NCBI RefSeq assembly: GCF_001194135.2
Contig: NC_068989.1
Location: forward strand, 77,683,816-77,747,815
Direction: 5' to 3'
Origin: Octopus bimaculoides
Lineage: Eukaryota
Length of the DNA: 64,000 nt
This document shows, piece by piece, positions 26,035-39,247 of the stretch. Position 1 is the stretch's first letter, and every line of letters begins with the position of its first letter. The notes under the pieces are model-generated. The model was not told the origin of the DNA, made no database searches, and was given only the letters and a program-made list of their open reading frames with translations. Position numbers and translations under genes: made by a program.

Positions 26035-26150
26035 TCTCGCGAGTTTTTCCCAGTAGCTTGTATGCTGCATAGAGGCTATCTTCTTCGTGTAGCTTCGTTG
26101 GATTGCCTCAAGTTCTGCAAATAATTTTACACTGGTTGGTGACCATAGCT
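26035..26150 (-). mobile_element. CR1/L2-like LINE ORF2 C-terminal fragment
   Basis: QLWSPTSVKLFAELEAIQRSYTKKIASMQHTSYWEKL resembles the WSP...LE.VQR.ATK...LSY.ERL motif downstream of the RT domain. Confidence 0.75.
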
Positions 26151-26188
26151 GGTGACCATAGCTGGTGACCATAGCTAGTGACAATAGC
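26137..26188. repeat. 13-bp tandem repeat, four copies
   Basis: (tggtgaccatagc)x3 plus tagtgacaatagc. Confidence 0.95.
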
Positions 26189-26354
26189 ACGGGACCATCA
26201 TAGTTTCCTAATCTCTCGTTCTCTAAAGATTCTAAGAATCCATCCGGTCGGCCGCCTGCATTTCATTGCAAACCTAGCAATATGCACATGGAAGGATGCA
26301 TTATTACTCATGTAAATGCCCAGGTCTCGCACTGACTGCGTCTCTTCGATTGCA

Positions 26355-26392
<38 letters not shown>

Positions 26393-26717
26393 ATNNNNNN
26401 NNNNNNNNNNNNNNNNNNNNNNNNNNNNNNNNNNNNNNNNNNNNNNNNNNNNNNNNNNNNNNNNNNNNNNNNNNNNNNNNNNNNNNNNNNNNNNNNNNNN
26501 NNNNNNNNNNNNNNNNNNNNNNNNNNNNNNNNNNNNNNNNNNNNNNNNNNNNNNNNNNNNNNNNNNNNNNNNNNNNNNNNNNNNNNNNNNNNNNNNNNNN
26601 NNNNNNNNNNNNNNNNNNNNNNNNNNNNNNNNNNNNNNNNNNNNNNNNNNNNNNNNNNNNNNNNNNNNNNNNNNNNNNNNNNNNNNNNNNNNNNNNNNNN
26701 NNNNNNNNNNNNNNNNN

Positions 26718-26759
<42 letters not shown>

Positions 26760-28169
26760 GTACAACTTACAAATAAACGTATATATATATGTGCATATAT
26801 GGGTACAAGACGTCACAAAACGCAAACAACATGAAATACGAAGACGAGCATTTTTTTAGAATATATATTCAAATGATATACTTCTGAAAATATGTATGTA
26901 TGTATGTATGCATATATGTATATATACGCCTGTACAAATGCGGTCGCGCTCACATACGTATACAATTTCAAGTAATTTCACTTCTAAACGAGTTTTAGAT
27001 AATACTGTTTGGTTTTGTATTCTCAAATCCACCTTCATACTAGCTCAGATCTCTTAGCTGTCCTTTTGCTATATATTTTAACGATTTATTTTATGTGATT
27101 CCTAGCTGTCGAAAGTTTCGATATTTTACGTTTATTGTTCTTATCAGTGGCTAGAGCAGCTGTCCCAGCAGGTATATAATATTTCTAATTTATTCCCTAA
27201 TCCAGCTAAGAAAAAAATGCCTGAAGAAAACCAGCGATACACTACCCCAAAAAACTGTTTATATTGAAAGAAGCTGAATATCCAGCTTCAAGAAAACTAT
27301 CTCATATTAATCAATCGTTTCTTAGTTCGGTATCGATCTGTCAGAGTAGCGCACGTTTAAATTAAAGCGACGGGAAAGGAAAGTGTATGCCATGGAGTGT
27401 GTAATTCAACAATTTATTGAAAGAAACAACTCTTAACAACCCACGTATTTTTAAAAATATTCATCTCTCTAATTAGTTACGAAACCTGGGAATGGAAACT
27501 AGGATTATATAATAATTACATGCCACGTAAGTGCACTACTAAATAGCATTGAGAAAATAAGTAAGGTTAATTGACATAATCATTGCTCAAAATAAAGCAG
27601 TCAATTTAATTTATCAGAACTGCATATCCGAAATAAATTATTAATATATTTATATTAGGTACGGTAATATGGCGATAAATGCAGGTAATCAATAAAAAAA
27701 ACAAAAATAGCGCAACATACAATAAAAATGAATAATGATTATAATTTCCATCATCAAGCAACGGCAAGCAGCAATTGAAGCTGCACACACCTTCGGAAAA
27801 ACCAATTGCATCAGCATGCATGAATCAGATACTTTCGCTAACGGGAAAAGATTTCTTTAAAACATACACAAACACACATACAGACATGCACGCACCTGTG
27901 AAACTACACACATAATGCATATATATATATATATACATATGTATATGTATATTCTAATAGATCAAGATTCAAGTGAATCAGGCAATGAACTAGTAAGGCA
28001 CGGGGTCGGGTCGATAAAACAAATTCATGTTTTATATTCTTATATAAATGACTATTGAAAACATTGCAATTTTAGAAAAAAATAAATAAATAAGTGAGTG
28101 GCAACTAAACCGGTGAATGTGTTAAATAATAATGCACATATGTATACACACATATATATCCTACACAAA

Positions 28170-28629
28170 TGAACCGGCAACCTGCGTGACCTCCTGGTAC
28201 ACAATTTCTTCCCTAACCCTACATCCCAACCTGACTCGTTCCCTTGCTCCTGCCCAAGCTGTCGCACTTGCCCCTACCTCTCCAACACCATCACCTTCAC
28301 AGGCACTCATCATATCACCGACTTCTTTACTTGCACTTCTAGCAGCGTCAATTACATCTCTTGTTCTTTTTCCCCCTCTCTGTACTAAGGTCAAACGGGA
28401 CGCCGCTTGGTTGACCGGTTTGCGGAGCATTTCCGAGACATCAGACTCAGCAATGAAACCCCGGTCTCGCACCATTTCCGCTCTACATTCCTTACAACAC
28501 TTGTCAGTGTTCGGATTGTCTTTGCACAGGAGCCATCCGGATTCCTGCCTTCGCCGTCAACGTGAACTAATCTTCTCTCTTCGCTCCATTGCCCCACTTG
28601 GGCTCAACTATCCTCCTTTCTTGATGTGA
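28170..28629 (+). mobile_element. Penelope-like element GIY-YIG endonuclease relic
   Basis: From 28179: NLRDLLVH...FPCSCPSCRTCPYL...FTCTSSSVNYISCSFSPSLY*GQTGRRLVDRFAEHFRDI...PVSHHFRS/(frameshift)HSLQHLSVFGL...RELIFSLRSIAPLGLN; CT-rich then CA-rich tail to about 29110. Confidence 0.88.
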
Positions 28630-29546
28630 CTCCGCTCCTCTCCTCCCTTCATCTGACACCTACTCCTTCTCTTCAATCCTACCCTCTTCTCTCTTCCTGA
28701 GGCTTACTTCCTCACTTCACTCCTACTCACATTCTCTCTTCCTTGATATTCCCTCCACCCACCCACACGCAACTCACTCCCACATACCCCATCCCTAATA
28801 CATACCACATCCACCACCACCACCGCACACCAATCTCCAACATCCTACACCTCCACACCCCACATCAATCCACACAACCACACCACATCATACCAGTCCC
28901 ACAGCACTTCACACACACAAGCACTGATCCCAGCACCCACACTACACACCATCTTCTGCACACCCCCACACCATCATCCTCACACCCACACACCATCATC
29001 CACACACCCACAGTTTCTAGACGCATACACTCACGCATACATCCACACGTCAAAGTCACTAGTCCCTACCCACACACACTTACACATTGTGACATACACA
29101 CACACGCACGCGCATCTTCGTTTTCGGATCACCAATAATTTATTATCTCCTCTTCATTCTCCCTCTACTGTCAAGCCTTATTTTCTCGACCAGTCACTAT
29201 GCTTGTCCGCTAAATCTACAAGTTTTTTTTTTTTTATTCTCTGTCTGTTTATTTTATCTTATTCNNNNNNNNNNNNNNNNNNNNNNNNNNNNNNNNNNNN
29301 NNNNNNNNNNNNNNNNNNNNNNNNNNNNNNNNNNNNNNNNNNNNNNNNNNNNNNNNNNNNNNNNNNNNNNNNNNNNNNNNNNNNNNNNNNNNNNNNNNNN
29401 NNNNNNNNNNNNNNNNNNNNNNNNNNNNNNNNNNNNNNNNNNNNNNNNNNNNNNNNNNNNNNNNNNNNNNNNNNNNNNNNNNNNNNNNNNNNNNNNNNNN
29501 NNNNNNNNNNNNNNNNNNNNNNNNNNNNNNNNNNNNNNNNNNNNNN

Positions 29547-29590
<44 letters not shown>

Positions 29591-30408
29591 AAAGGGTGGT
29601 TTCTCCTTCTTAACAGATGGTTGTCATTACTTTGTGCTTTATTCTTCTCAATTGTATTCCTGACTGTCAGCCCACGACCTCTCCGATGACTATTCATTTC
29701 TGTTATGGTTCCTCATGATTTGAAGTGTGAAAGACAAAAGTTGTAACATATTCTGCATTTAGAAATAGTGAATTCTGCACGCGTCACTACTCTTCCATTG
29801 CTATAGGACTTTCAGGCAGATTGAATGATAAATGAGATTAATATAAAGAGAACATATTACGTCATTGGATTGTAGAGATAAACGCTTGTATAAGACAAGT
29901 GTCACATTCAGAGTCTCCATGATTATTGATTAGTGACAGACCGAAGCACTGTGATCAGTAATCAAGTGAAAGTGCATGTTTTTCATTAGAATGTCCATCT
30001 AGTAGAAGGATGATATGACACCAGCTAGCGCTCTCTCATTCCTAATAGATTTACTGCGCACCCTGACACTAACCAAGAGCATTATTGCTTCTTCGCAGGC
30101 AGACAGATTATCGTCACCCGCTAGTTAACCTGTACCTGGGAACCTAACCGCTTTGCTACTCTGGGTCAGATCAGATCAGATCAGGAAAATAGTGTGCCTA
30201 AAAGGCGGTTCCACACGCATCACAACCTTCAAAATCCTAAACCAAAGCCTCACTACCGCACGCAGTTAAAGTCATACCTAGGACATTCATTCATGCACGC
30301 ATACATACATACATACATACATACATGCATACATGCATGCATGGATAGAGAGAGAGAGATACATATATATATATATATATGCATGCATGCATAAATACAT
30401 ACATATAT

Positions 30409-30477
<69 letters not shown>

Positions 30478-31140
30478 TATATATAGATATATATATATAG
30501 ATATATGCATACATGCATACATACATGCCTACATACATGCCTGCATACATATATGTATGTTTGTATTCGTACGTATATGCATATTCTATTAGTACATAGG
30601 AGTTGTGTGAGCACGCCACGCATCTTTGTGTACGGAAATGTTTCTCATCGTAGGCGTTCGTCCGTATAATAATGAGAAATAATTTTTAAAATAACTTTAA
30701 AAAATAGAACATTTTAAACGACTTTATCAATGGCTTTTACGTTTACGAAATTTAAATAGAATGAAAAATATTTTATATTAATTAAATTGCGAAAAATTCA
30801 TTTCATTGAGTAAAAATATGAAAAGATATTGAAGTTAATGAATTAGACTTTTGTATTTTAATTCATTTCTGAAAAAATTTGGAACACAAATGTTTTTATT
30901 GTCCAATTATTTTCTATATTTTTTAATGCGCATTATTTATTTTAAGCATTGAATACTGAACAGCGTAACAATAGAAATGCTTGGCAAAAATCCCCATCAA
31001 CCTTTATGCAATTCTTTCTTTACTTTCAGAATTCGAGGTCGAGCTTGCCTTTCGTACATCTAGAATTATAGAATAAATAACAGTCAAATACAAGAACAGT
31101 TATATCAACATCTCTCTTTCTGTCTTTCTTTATTTCATCT

Positions 31141-31264
31141 CTTTCATTCTCTCTTCCTCTCTCTCATTCTCTCTTCCTCTCTCTTATTCTCTCTTCCTCT
31201 CTCTCATTCTCTCTTCCTCTCTCTCATTCTCTCTTCCTCTCTCTCATTCTCTCTTCCTCTCTCT
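31141..31264. repeat. 20-bp minisatellite, six copies
   Basis: (ctctcattctctcttcctct)n with two single-base variants. Confidence 0.95.
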
Positions 31265-31440
31265 TTCTCATAAGTTTTGGTTCTGCGTCACTGTCACCAG
31301 GTTACATTAATAATGAAACTGCAAATCGGAGGACGAGATTTGTAAAGCGTTCTAGAAAATATCTTGAAGACTAGTAATATAATAACTCAGATTTTATTAT
31401 TTAGAATTGTACAAAGTTAAACAAGTGAAATATTTAATAT

Positions 31441-31852
31441 AGGCGCAAGCATAGCCACGTAGTTAAGAAGCTCACTTTGCAGCCACGTAATTTACAGTTC
31501 AGTTCCAATGTACATCGATTGCGCAAGTTTCTTCGATAGTCACGTGTCATTTACTTCCTAGTGTAGGAATTTGTTGAACAACAATTTATCGAAGCCTGTC
31601 GTCCGTCGTTTTTGTGTGTGAGTTTACATATATCATATATAAGGGTATGTAAGCGTGTTTGCATCAGTGCGTCTTTCTTTTCCAACTCCGCCTAACAACT
31701 GGTGTTGCTTTGCTTCCGTTCCCATAGTTTAGAGCTTCAGCAACTGTGACGGACAGAAAAATAAGTACTAGGGTCGATTTCTTCGTCTAAACACTTCAGG
31801 CCGATGCCCCATCATGGCTGCTGTCCAATAACTGAAACAAATGAAAACTAAA
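31441..31852 (+). mobile_element. SINE family B, diverged
   Basis: aggcgcaagcatagccacgtagttaagaagc...catggctgctgtccaataactgaaac. Confidence 0.7.
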
Positions 31853-32499
31853 GGAATATCCATGTAAAGTTCGCGTGCATACAGGTTTCGTAGTGGCCAC
31901 TATGAAAACACATTAATCTTTACCTTACGTCTTAGAAAAGTAGGCCATATTACACAGATAATATAGTTTTAGATTACCTTTGCCTAGACGGGATAATTAC
32001 AGATATAGTACTTTGAATAATTCTGCTTTTCCAATGCTGGCCAGGGAAAAGGATCTAAACATCTATAACAACAACATCAAACTCCCAAGCAACTCACACA
32101 TTTATTTCTATGTAACTTTCATCAAACTTTGTCCATCCATTACTTTAGCGAAACGTCATCGACAAAACCGTAATAGCCGTGTCAGAACAGCAGTTTATGC
32201 AATGACAATACAATTACATACAACTGTTCTGTTTCTTCTTAAGTGGTACAGGGAATATCTACTGCCTGTCTCAGCATAAAATGCATTACTTAAGTGTCGT
32301 GCTTGTAATATTATATTCAATATTGCAGCACTTGTACCGTCTCCCAAATGATCTTCTATCATGAAACAGGATAACACAAATGATTTATAGTACTGTATGA
32401 TTTAAATAATTGTATATCTAATTGAAATCTAATCAAATAAGACGATAACAGTCAAGATATTGCATACGTCGTCAATAACGAGGTTACAGTGCACTGTTC

Positions 32500-32895
32500 C
32501 CATATGTGTGCAGAGCTGTGATGGAAAACTTCACTTTCTCACTACCGGGTTTCTGGTTCGCTCTATCTGCGCTGGACACGTGTATTGTTCTGTAGCCCCT
32601 GTGCCGATCAATATCTTGTGAGAGTATCTTGGTAGACAGAAACTGAAGAGAAGCTCGGTGTATATATGATCGTGTATGCGTCAGTGAGTACGCGCTTCTC
32701 GTCGTGCGTGTTCGTGTGCATGCGTGGATGTGTGCGTGTCTTTGAGTTTCAGTTTATCAACCTCAGCACTTAGCAGCCGGTAGCCTCGTCACTTAACGCT
32801 TCGACAACATAGACCGATAGAATAAATCCTAAGATCGATCTGGTAGTCCTAAATGCCCGCCAGATCTTGACCCAACAACTGAAACCAATGAAAGA
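32500..32895 (+). mobile_element. SINE family B, strongly diverged
   Basis: cttgtgagagtatcttggtagacagaaactgaagagaagctcg...accgatagaataaatcct...actgaaacc. Confidence 0.6.
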
Positions 32896-32984
32896 TGACA
32901 GATATATATTTCTGCCAGTCTCTTCTCTCTTCCTCCCCCCCCTCTCTCTCTCACATGTGTGTATATATTTTTTTACAACGCGCT

Positions 32985-33116
32985 TCTTTCTGTTTCCGTC
33001 AACCAAATCCACTCACAAAGGTTTGGCTAGCCCGTGGCTGTAGTAGAAAACACTTGCCCAAGGTGCCATGCAGTGGGATTGAGCCCAGAAACATGTGGTT
33101 CGGAAGGAAGCTTCTT
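32985..33116 (-). mobile_element. SINE family B, 5' half
   Basis: tttccgtcaaccaaatccactcacaaag...cacttgcccaaggtgccatgcagtggg. Confidence 0.85.
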
Positions 33117-33654
33117 ATCAATGGTACAAATATATATAAAGGAAGGGGGAAAGCATGAAAATCGAAGAGACTAGTATGCGAAGAAAAGAACTACGACAGA
33201 GATGTTAAAAAAAAAGAAATTTTTTACTCACCTTTTTCTTGTATCTTGTCCACGTATTCTCTAAAATCTCAAAATGACCGAACTTTCAATAATGTACATT
33301 TGTTATAATCTTCGGCGAACATTTACTTTGATATTATCTATCCCTGTGAAAATCCGTTGACTTTTATGTGAACACTCGATCATTTGATAGGTTAATCATG
33401 TTTGTCTGATTTCTACTTAGTAATTTTAAACTCTTTTAAAATCGTCTATTGATAAACATAAATTGTTGAAACTAGTTTCGTATGTATGTGAATAAATCTA
33501 TTTAAAAAAAGAACTACACGTTTTTCAAATTCAGGTGCATTTTCAAAACCCAAAACAAATTCTCCTATCTTTTCTTGCGTGGGAATACACCTCTTCTTTC
33601 CATACACACACACACACACTCTCTCTCTCTCTCTCTCNNNNNNNNNNTCTCTCT

Positions 33655-33702
<48 letters not shown>

Positions 33703-34224
33703 AAACACATACACATTTATGAATCTACGTACTTGTAAGGCTGTAGATTTAAAAGATCCTAAATTTTCGCGTTATCCGTTGCATCATTTCTATAAATTTA
33801 CAGGTAGATAACTCATTCTCTTTATATATTTTGTTTCATTTCTCATGTTATGTTTGTACCACAAAACATGTTTCACAACTTTTAAACTCTAAAAAAAAGA
33901 CAAGTTCCATTAGTCTAAATTTTCGACAGTGTAGCAGCTATATTTCATAACCAGTGAATTCTAAAATCAAACTTATCTCTACAAAACGTATTAGCCATTG
34001 CAGATAAAATGTTGATTGCTTTTGACTCGAGACGCACTGGGGCAATATAAAATAGATAAAAGTTGACTATGCTATCATTGAAACTCTCTGTCAGGAATAA
34101 TTATACTGATAAAAGTATAGCAGTGCTCGATGGTTGCGTAATTCTATAGTTTGTTTCGACATCAAGCACAAGAGCATTCTGGAGCACCACCTTTAAGAAA
34201 TCATCATTCAATGTTTTCCTTTTT

Positions 34225-34420
34225 ATTTGTACACTTGTTCCGTTTTCTTTGTGTCTGGACTGTGTCAATCCTGGGATACCGATTTTGAGGGCTTAGGCGA
34301 ACACACCGACTACAACACCGAATTTCAGTTTTGGCACTTATTCTATTGGTCACTTTTGCCGGAAATCTCCATCACAGTGACATAAACAAATCAACACTCG
34401 CTGTTAAGAGCTGCAGCCGA
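34225..34420 (-). mobile_element. SINE family B, 3' half, diverged
   Basis: cacttattctattggtcacttttgccg...cataaacaaatcaacactcgctgttaag. Confidence 0.55.
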
Positions 34421-36269
34421 CAAAGACAACTACAAAGACTCATATATACAGCGACAAAAATGCTTACACACATATATGTATACACTCACACTATATGTAT
34501 GTGTGCTTTCATATGTGTGTCTGTGTGTGTTTCTGTGTGCTTGAAAGAATTAGTAGAGATGGTTTTTGGGGGGCATAGTTTTCATTTTAATAATAATATT
34601 TACAGTGGGTAAAATATACTATACTATACCAAGAACATCCTTTTTGTTATTCTACTATACATATATGTATGTATGTATGTATTTATCTCTCCTTATACAT
34701 TTGGTCAATAGATGATTTTACTGAACGGCTAACCTGGGTATATCTATTTCGATGTATCCATAATGGTACAATGTTTTGGGAAAGACAACACACAAAATGC
34801 GCATAACTATATGAAATGAAATCATTGATTGCAAAACAATCTGACATAATCCCTCCGTTTTACGAGATGTATTTTTGTAGAAATCAATCTAAACGGCTGC
34901 TAATTTATGTGTTTATATGCCTGCTTGAGGTCTTTGGTATGAGGAATACTGCAGTAACACTGGGTCAACAGTATCCCAGAAGAAGCTTTTCTTAAGGTAA
35001 TACGCTACTGATAAATACTTTACGACACTGCGTCCATCAAGAAGAATCTATTTTTGGTGACATACGATGTTATTTCCTATGTACAAAAAGGAGGCTTCTT
35101 GTTGTGGAGAGTTTGTTTCAATTTTCAATGCATCCTTTTGATTGCGTCAGATGTATTATTCTTTGTATATTTAGCATACCTTCAGTCAAATTTTAAGGTT
35201 TTATAGTTATGTGTTTGTATTTTGGCTGTTTCATTGTAGTAGAGCATCTCAATAGTTTTGCGCAAAAAGTAGTGCAGCGGTATAATGAAGCATATTTTAT
35301 TTCGAGAATAATATTATTTAACTATGAAATAAATAATAAAGATATTTATTATCTTCTTTGTATGCCAATTTGTAACGCCATGCGCAATTTACCACTGACA
35401 AAACTTAGGTCTGACATGCAACAAATGAACAGAAAATACCCCACTAAATATAAATCAAACCGACGAGAAATTATGATTGATAAGTAGACAAATCAATCTA
35501 TTGATTTCATGCAACACAGAAGAGATCATAACACGCATTTAAATAGTGTAGTTTTGTGTTATAATGCATGTCATCTATGAACATCAATGCAACGGCTTCA
35601 TTAGCAATGGCCGCTGGGAAGTGATTGTTTGATGTAACTTGATATGAACATAATAAAGTATACAAAGTTTATCAATGTAAACATGATATTACGCATAATT
35701 ATAACAATGCCGTTAAAAATGACAGCCATTTCAATCAAATTCTTAATGGGAACTTGTTTATTTCATTAACATTAAAGCTTTTCCATGGCTGTTCGTCAAT
35801 GGTGTTTAGTCGGTGCAAAAATTGTTGATTATATTAAGGAAGCGGCTGTCGTAGGTTTAAATAAATGATTAAATAAAAAAATTATTATGCATATATGTAT
35901 GTGTGCGTCTCTGAGTACGTGAGAGCTGATTTTTACGAGTGCATATGTGTGTGTGTACGTGTGTGTGCGTGGGTGTGCGTGCGTGAGTGAGTGTGTGTAT
36001 GTGTGTGTATGTATTTATGTGCCTGTATGTATTTATGTGTGTGTGTATATATATATATATATTGTTGTATTTCGGTATGGTCATTTTTTTGCCAAATAAA
36101 CACACGCTCTATATATTCGTTATTCACTCGTTTATTAATGTTCTTATTCTAACTCATGTTCATTGTCCGGCAATCTTTCATCACACATCTGCGACCTCTT
36201 CAGCGACACTGTCTGTCTTCGTCTGTGCTCTTGCTCTACTTATTCTATTCTATTTAAAAGAAAGAATGG

Positions 36270-36618
36270 AATAAGTGCAGGAACAAGAGCATTATACGAG
36301 ATTATACTGTACTCTACTGACAGCTATGATTTTAAATTCAAAGATGGCCAAATCTTCAGATTCAAGTCCATTCTCACCTGCAGCACGGAGAACCTGATCT
36401 ACGTAATAACTTGCAAAGTTTGCCAACATAGCTGCATAGGTCAGAAGGGCGAATCGTTACGCAAACGAATGGCGACCCATTACCTACAGATCCAGGACAA
36501 AATGCACAAGGAAAATCCTTTAAGCAGTCACATTGCAACCTTTACAAGTAATGAAAGGCAATTTATGAACATGTACAATCCACAATTAAAAATAGACTCA
36601 ACCACAACCGATAAATAA
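36270..36618 (+). mobile_element. Second, distinct Penelope-like GIY-YIG endonuclease relic
   Basis: FKDGQIFRFKSILTCSTENLIYVITCKVCQHSCIGQKGESLRKRMATH...PLSSHI; LIY...CxxC...CIG corresponds to GIY...YIG. Confidence 0.8.
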
Positions 36619-37326
36619 AAACAGACACTTAAAATCAATTTCATACATATTATCATTTTGAAAAATGCTTTCCGAGATCGACTTAAGAATTTTCGGCCTA
36701 AACATTTTCCAGCATATACGATCCCAACACGTGTATCATTTAATTAGAAAGTATTTGGGTCGAAACAAGTACAACTGACGAAGGGGTATACTCTTTATGT
36801 TGCACCTTTCGTTTCTCTGTTTCTTTTTCGTTGTTAGAAAAAAGTTCGTTTTCTATGTTTTCGTTTTTATGTTTTCGTTTATCATTGTATTTAACGCTTC
36901 TTTTTTTTTATGTCCTGTACCCATATATGCATGTATGTATACATATAGATGTAGGTATGTACAGATATGTATGGATATATGCATATATTTCTATATTATT
37001 TATATTATTATATCAGTAAGCAGAAAACATGTATGCTATGCAATGCCTTATAGGACAGACACAGATGCACGACTATGGTTTTAGTTGAACCGTTCAATTA
37101 CAAGGCTAACAGCTTTTCGCGATCTTTCTCGTTAACTTTATATTTTATTTCAGTGTTTGCATCTACACAGACATACATAATTGTGTGTTGCGGCGTGTCT
37201 ATGTGTATTTTCCAAGGATATGGGCTTGTGAATTTAGCTACGTGTTTTTCTGTGCGTACAGGCATTCACGTGTGCATATGTATATGTGTGCATGTATATA
37301 TATGTATGTATATATGTCTGTATATA

Positions 37327-37393
<67 letters not shown>

Positions 37394-38063
37394 TTATATA
37401 TACATATATGTATATTTGTGTATATATTCTTATATTTGTGTTCATAGGTATGTGCTTATGCGGATTTAACGTTTATTTCCATGTACTGTATGTATGTGCA
37501 TGTGTAGCTATGTATGTGTAAGTACGTGCGTGCTTGCATTCGAGTCTGAATGTGTATGATTTTATCTCTTATGCACAAGATACGTATTTTTATCTTATAA
37601 TAATCGGCGTTACCGACAGCGCTAGCTAATTTACAGCCCGAGCTGACCCACCGCTGTCAGTTTGGTCAATGCTCTTTCTTCTTTTTTTTTATGGTTTTAT
37701 ATGTTTCTTTATTCATCCTATCCCCCACTCTCTCTCTCTGGTTGGCTTTTTTTGATTCAAGAGAGAAATTGTACTATTCGGATATCCTTGATATGATTGT
37801 CTATACCCGGCTAGTATATGTGATATGCGAGAATGTTGATTATTTGTATTTATGGTGGAAATATATATTTTTTTTTTGCGTTTTAACATCAATTATTGTA
37901 CTTACTAGAGGAAATTGACGAGGTGATTGTATGATTGCATAATATTTCTACAAGCGATGTAATAATTTGGGATTTTGCTGCAAGGAGTGTTTCTTGATTG
38001 TTATTATTTGATGAAAACTCTCAGCTTATTTTGCTGAGCATGATGGAAAGTGTCCTTGTCCAT

Positions 38064-38450
38064 GTTGTTGGCACTCCGTCGCTTACGACATCGAGGGTTC
38101 CAGTTGATCCGATCAACGGAACAAACAACCTGCTCGAGAAATTAACGTGCAAGTGGCTGAGCACTCCACAGACACGTGTACCCTTAATGTAGTTCTCGGG
38201 GAGATTCAGCGTGACACGGTGTGACAAGGCTGACCCATTGAATTACAGGCACAACAGAAACAGGAAGTAAGAGTGAGAGAAAGTTGTGGTGGAAGAGTAC
38301 AGCAGGGTTCGCCACCATCCCTTGTCGGAGCCTCGTGGAGCTTTAGGTGTTTTCGCTCAATAAACACTCACAACGCCCGGTCTGGGAATCGAAACCGCGA
38401 TCCTATGACCGCGAGTCCGCTTCCCTAACCACTGGGCCATTGCGCCTTCA
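38064..38450 (-). mobile_element. SINE family C (tRNA-derived head)
   Basis: Minus strand ggcgcaatggcccagtggttaggg (A box)...ggtttcgattcccagaccgggcg (B box), body, ending gacggagtgccaacaac. Confidence 0.85.
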
Positions 38451-38719
38451 CTTCGGTGTCCATAGCTAGCAGACTAAGGTGACACTTGTTTACTGGTTAC
38501 ATGTCAAGAACTCTATAAAGAACTCATGTAGTTCCAAGCAATGCTGATTTTTGTAGACGTTCTCTTTATATTTGTACCAATCTTTTTGAGTCATGTTGGT
38601 ACTTCCAAGTGCGAAAATTGCTATTGATGTCACGTCTACTCTCCTCATTGACTACAACCTTCGTATTTCCCATTTCCAATCGTCGTAGTTGTTCAGTTTT
38701 TCTTCTTCTCGCTCTTTAT

Positions 38720-38739
38720 AATAATAATAGTAATAACAA

Positions 38740-38783
<44 letters not shown>

Positions 38784-38939
38784 ATTATAATAATAATAAT
38801 AATAATAATAATTAGAAGAAGAAGAAGAAGAAGAAGAAGAAGAAGAAGAAGAAGAAGAAGAAGAAGCAAACGAGGAAGAATAAAATGATGATGATAATAA
38901 TAATAATAGCAATAATAATGATAATAATAATAGTAATAA

Positions 38940-39017
<78 letters not shown>

Positions 39018-39020
39018 ATA
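38720..39020. repeat. Trinucleotide mosaic (AAT)/(ACT)/(AAT)/(AGA)/(GAT)/(AAT)
   Basis: Read directly from the sequence. Confidence 0.95.
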
Positions 39021-39247
39021 AATAAATAGAAGTGATCTTCACGAACAATACTACAAAAACCTACAACATGATGAACAGATCCAATATCTATAATAAGCAT
39101 AACTTGACAGAGAGTGAATTTGATATTAAGATCATCGAACGGGTAGGTCTTCTGCGAAGCATCGGGCGTACATGACACGATACATGTTTCACTAACATTA
39201 CTGGTAAATTTGCCCTAATCGAATATTGAGGAAACACTAAAAACAAA

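Noticed and set aside
27215-27295. ctgaaga motif and a gaagctg/cagcttc 7-bp hairpin
   Set aside because: No stem II or correctly placed GAAA; does not fold as a hammerhead
33468-33479. 12-bp palindrome gaaactagtttc (also 14-bp acggctatagccgt at 43988-44001)
   Set aside because: Short enough to be expected occasionally in 64 kb
38375-38446. tRNA-like sequence
   Set aside because: It continues into a SINE body and lacks a complete cloverleaf and a T-run terminator; called a SINE head, not a tRNA gene
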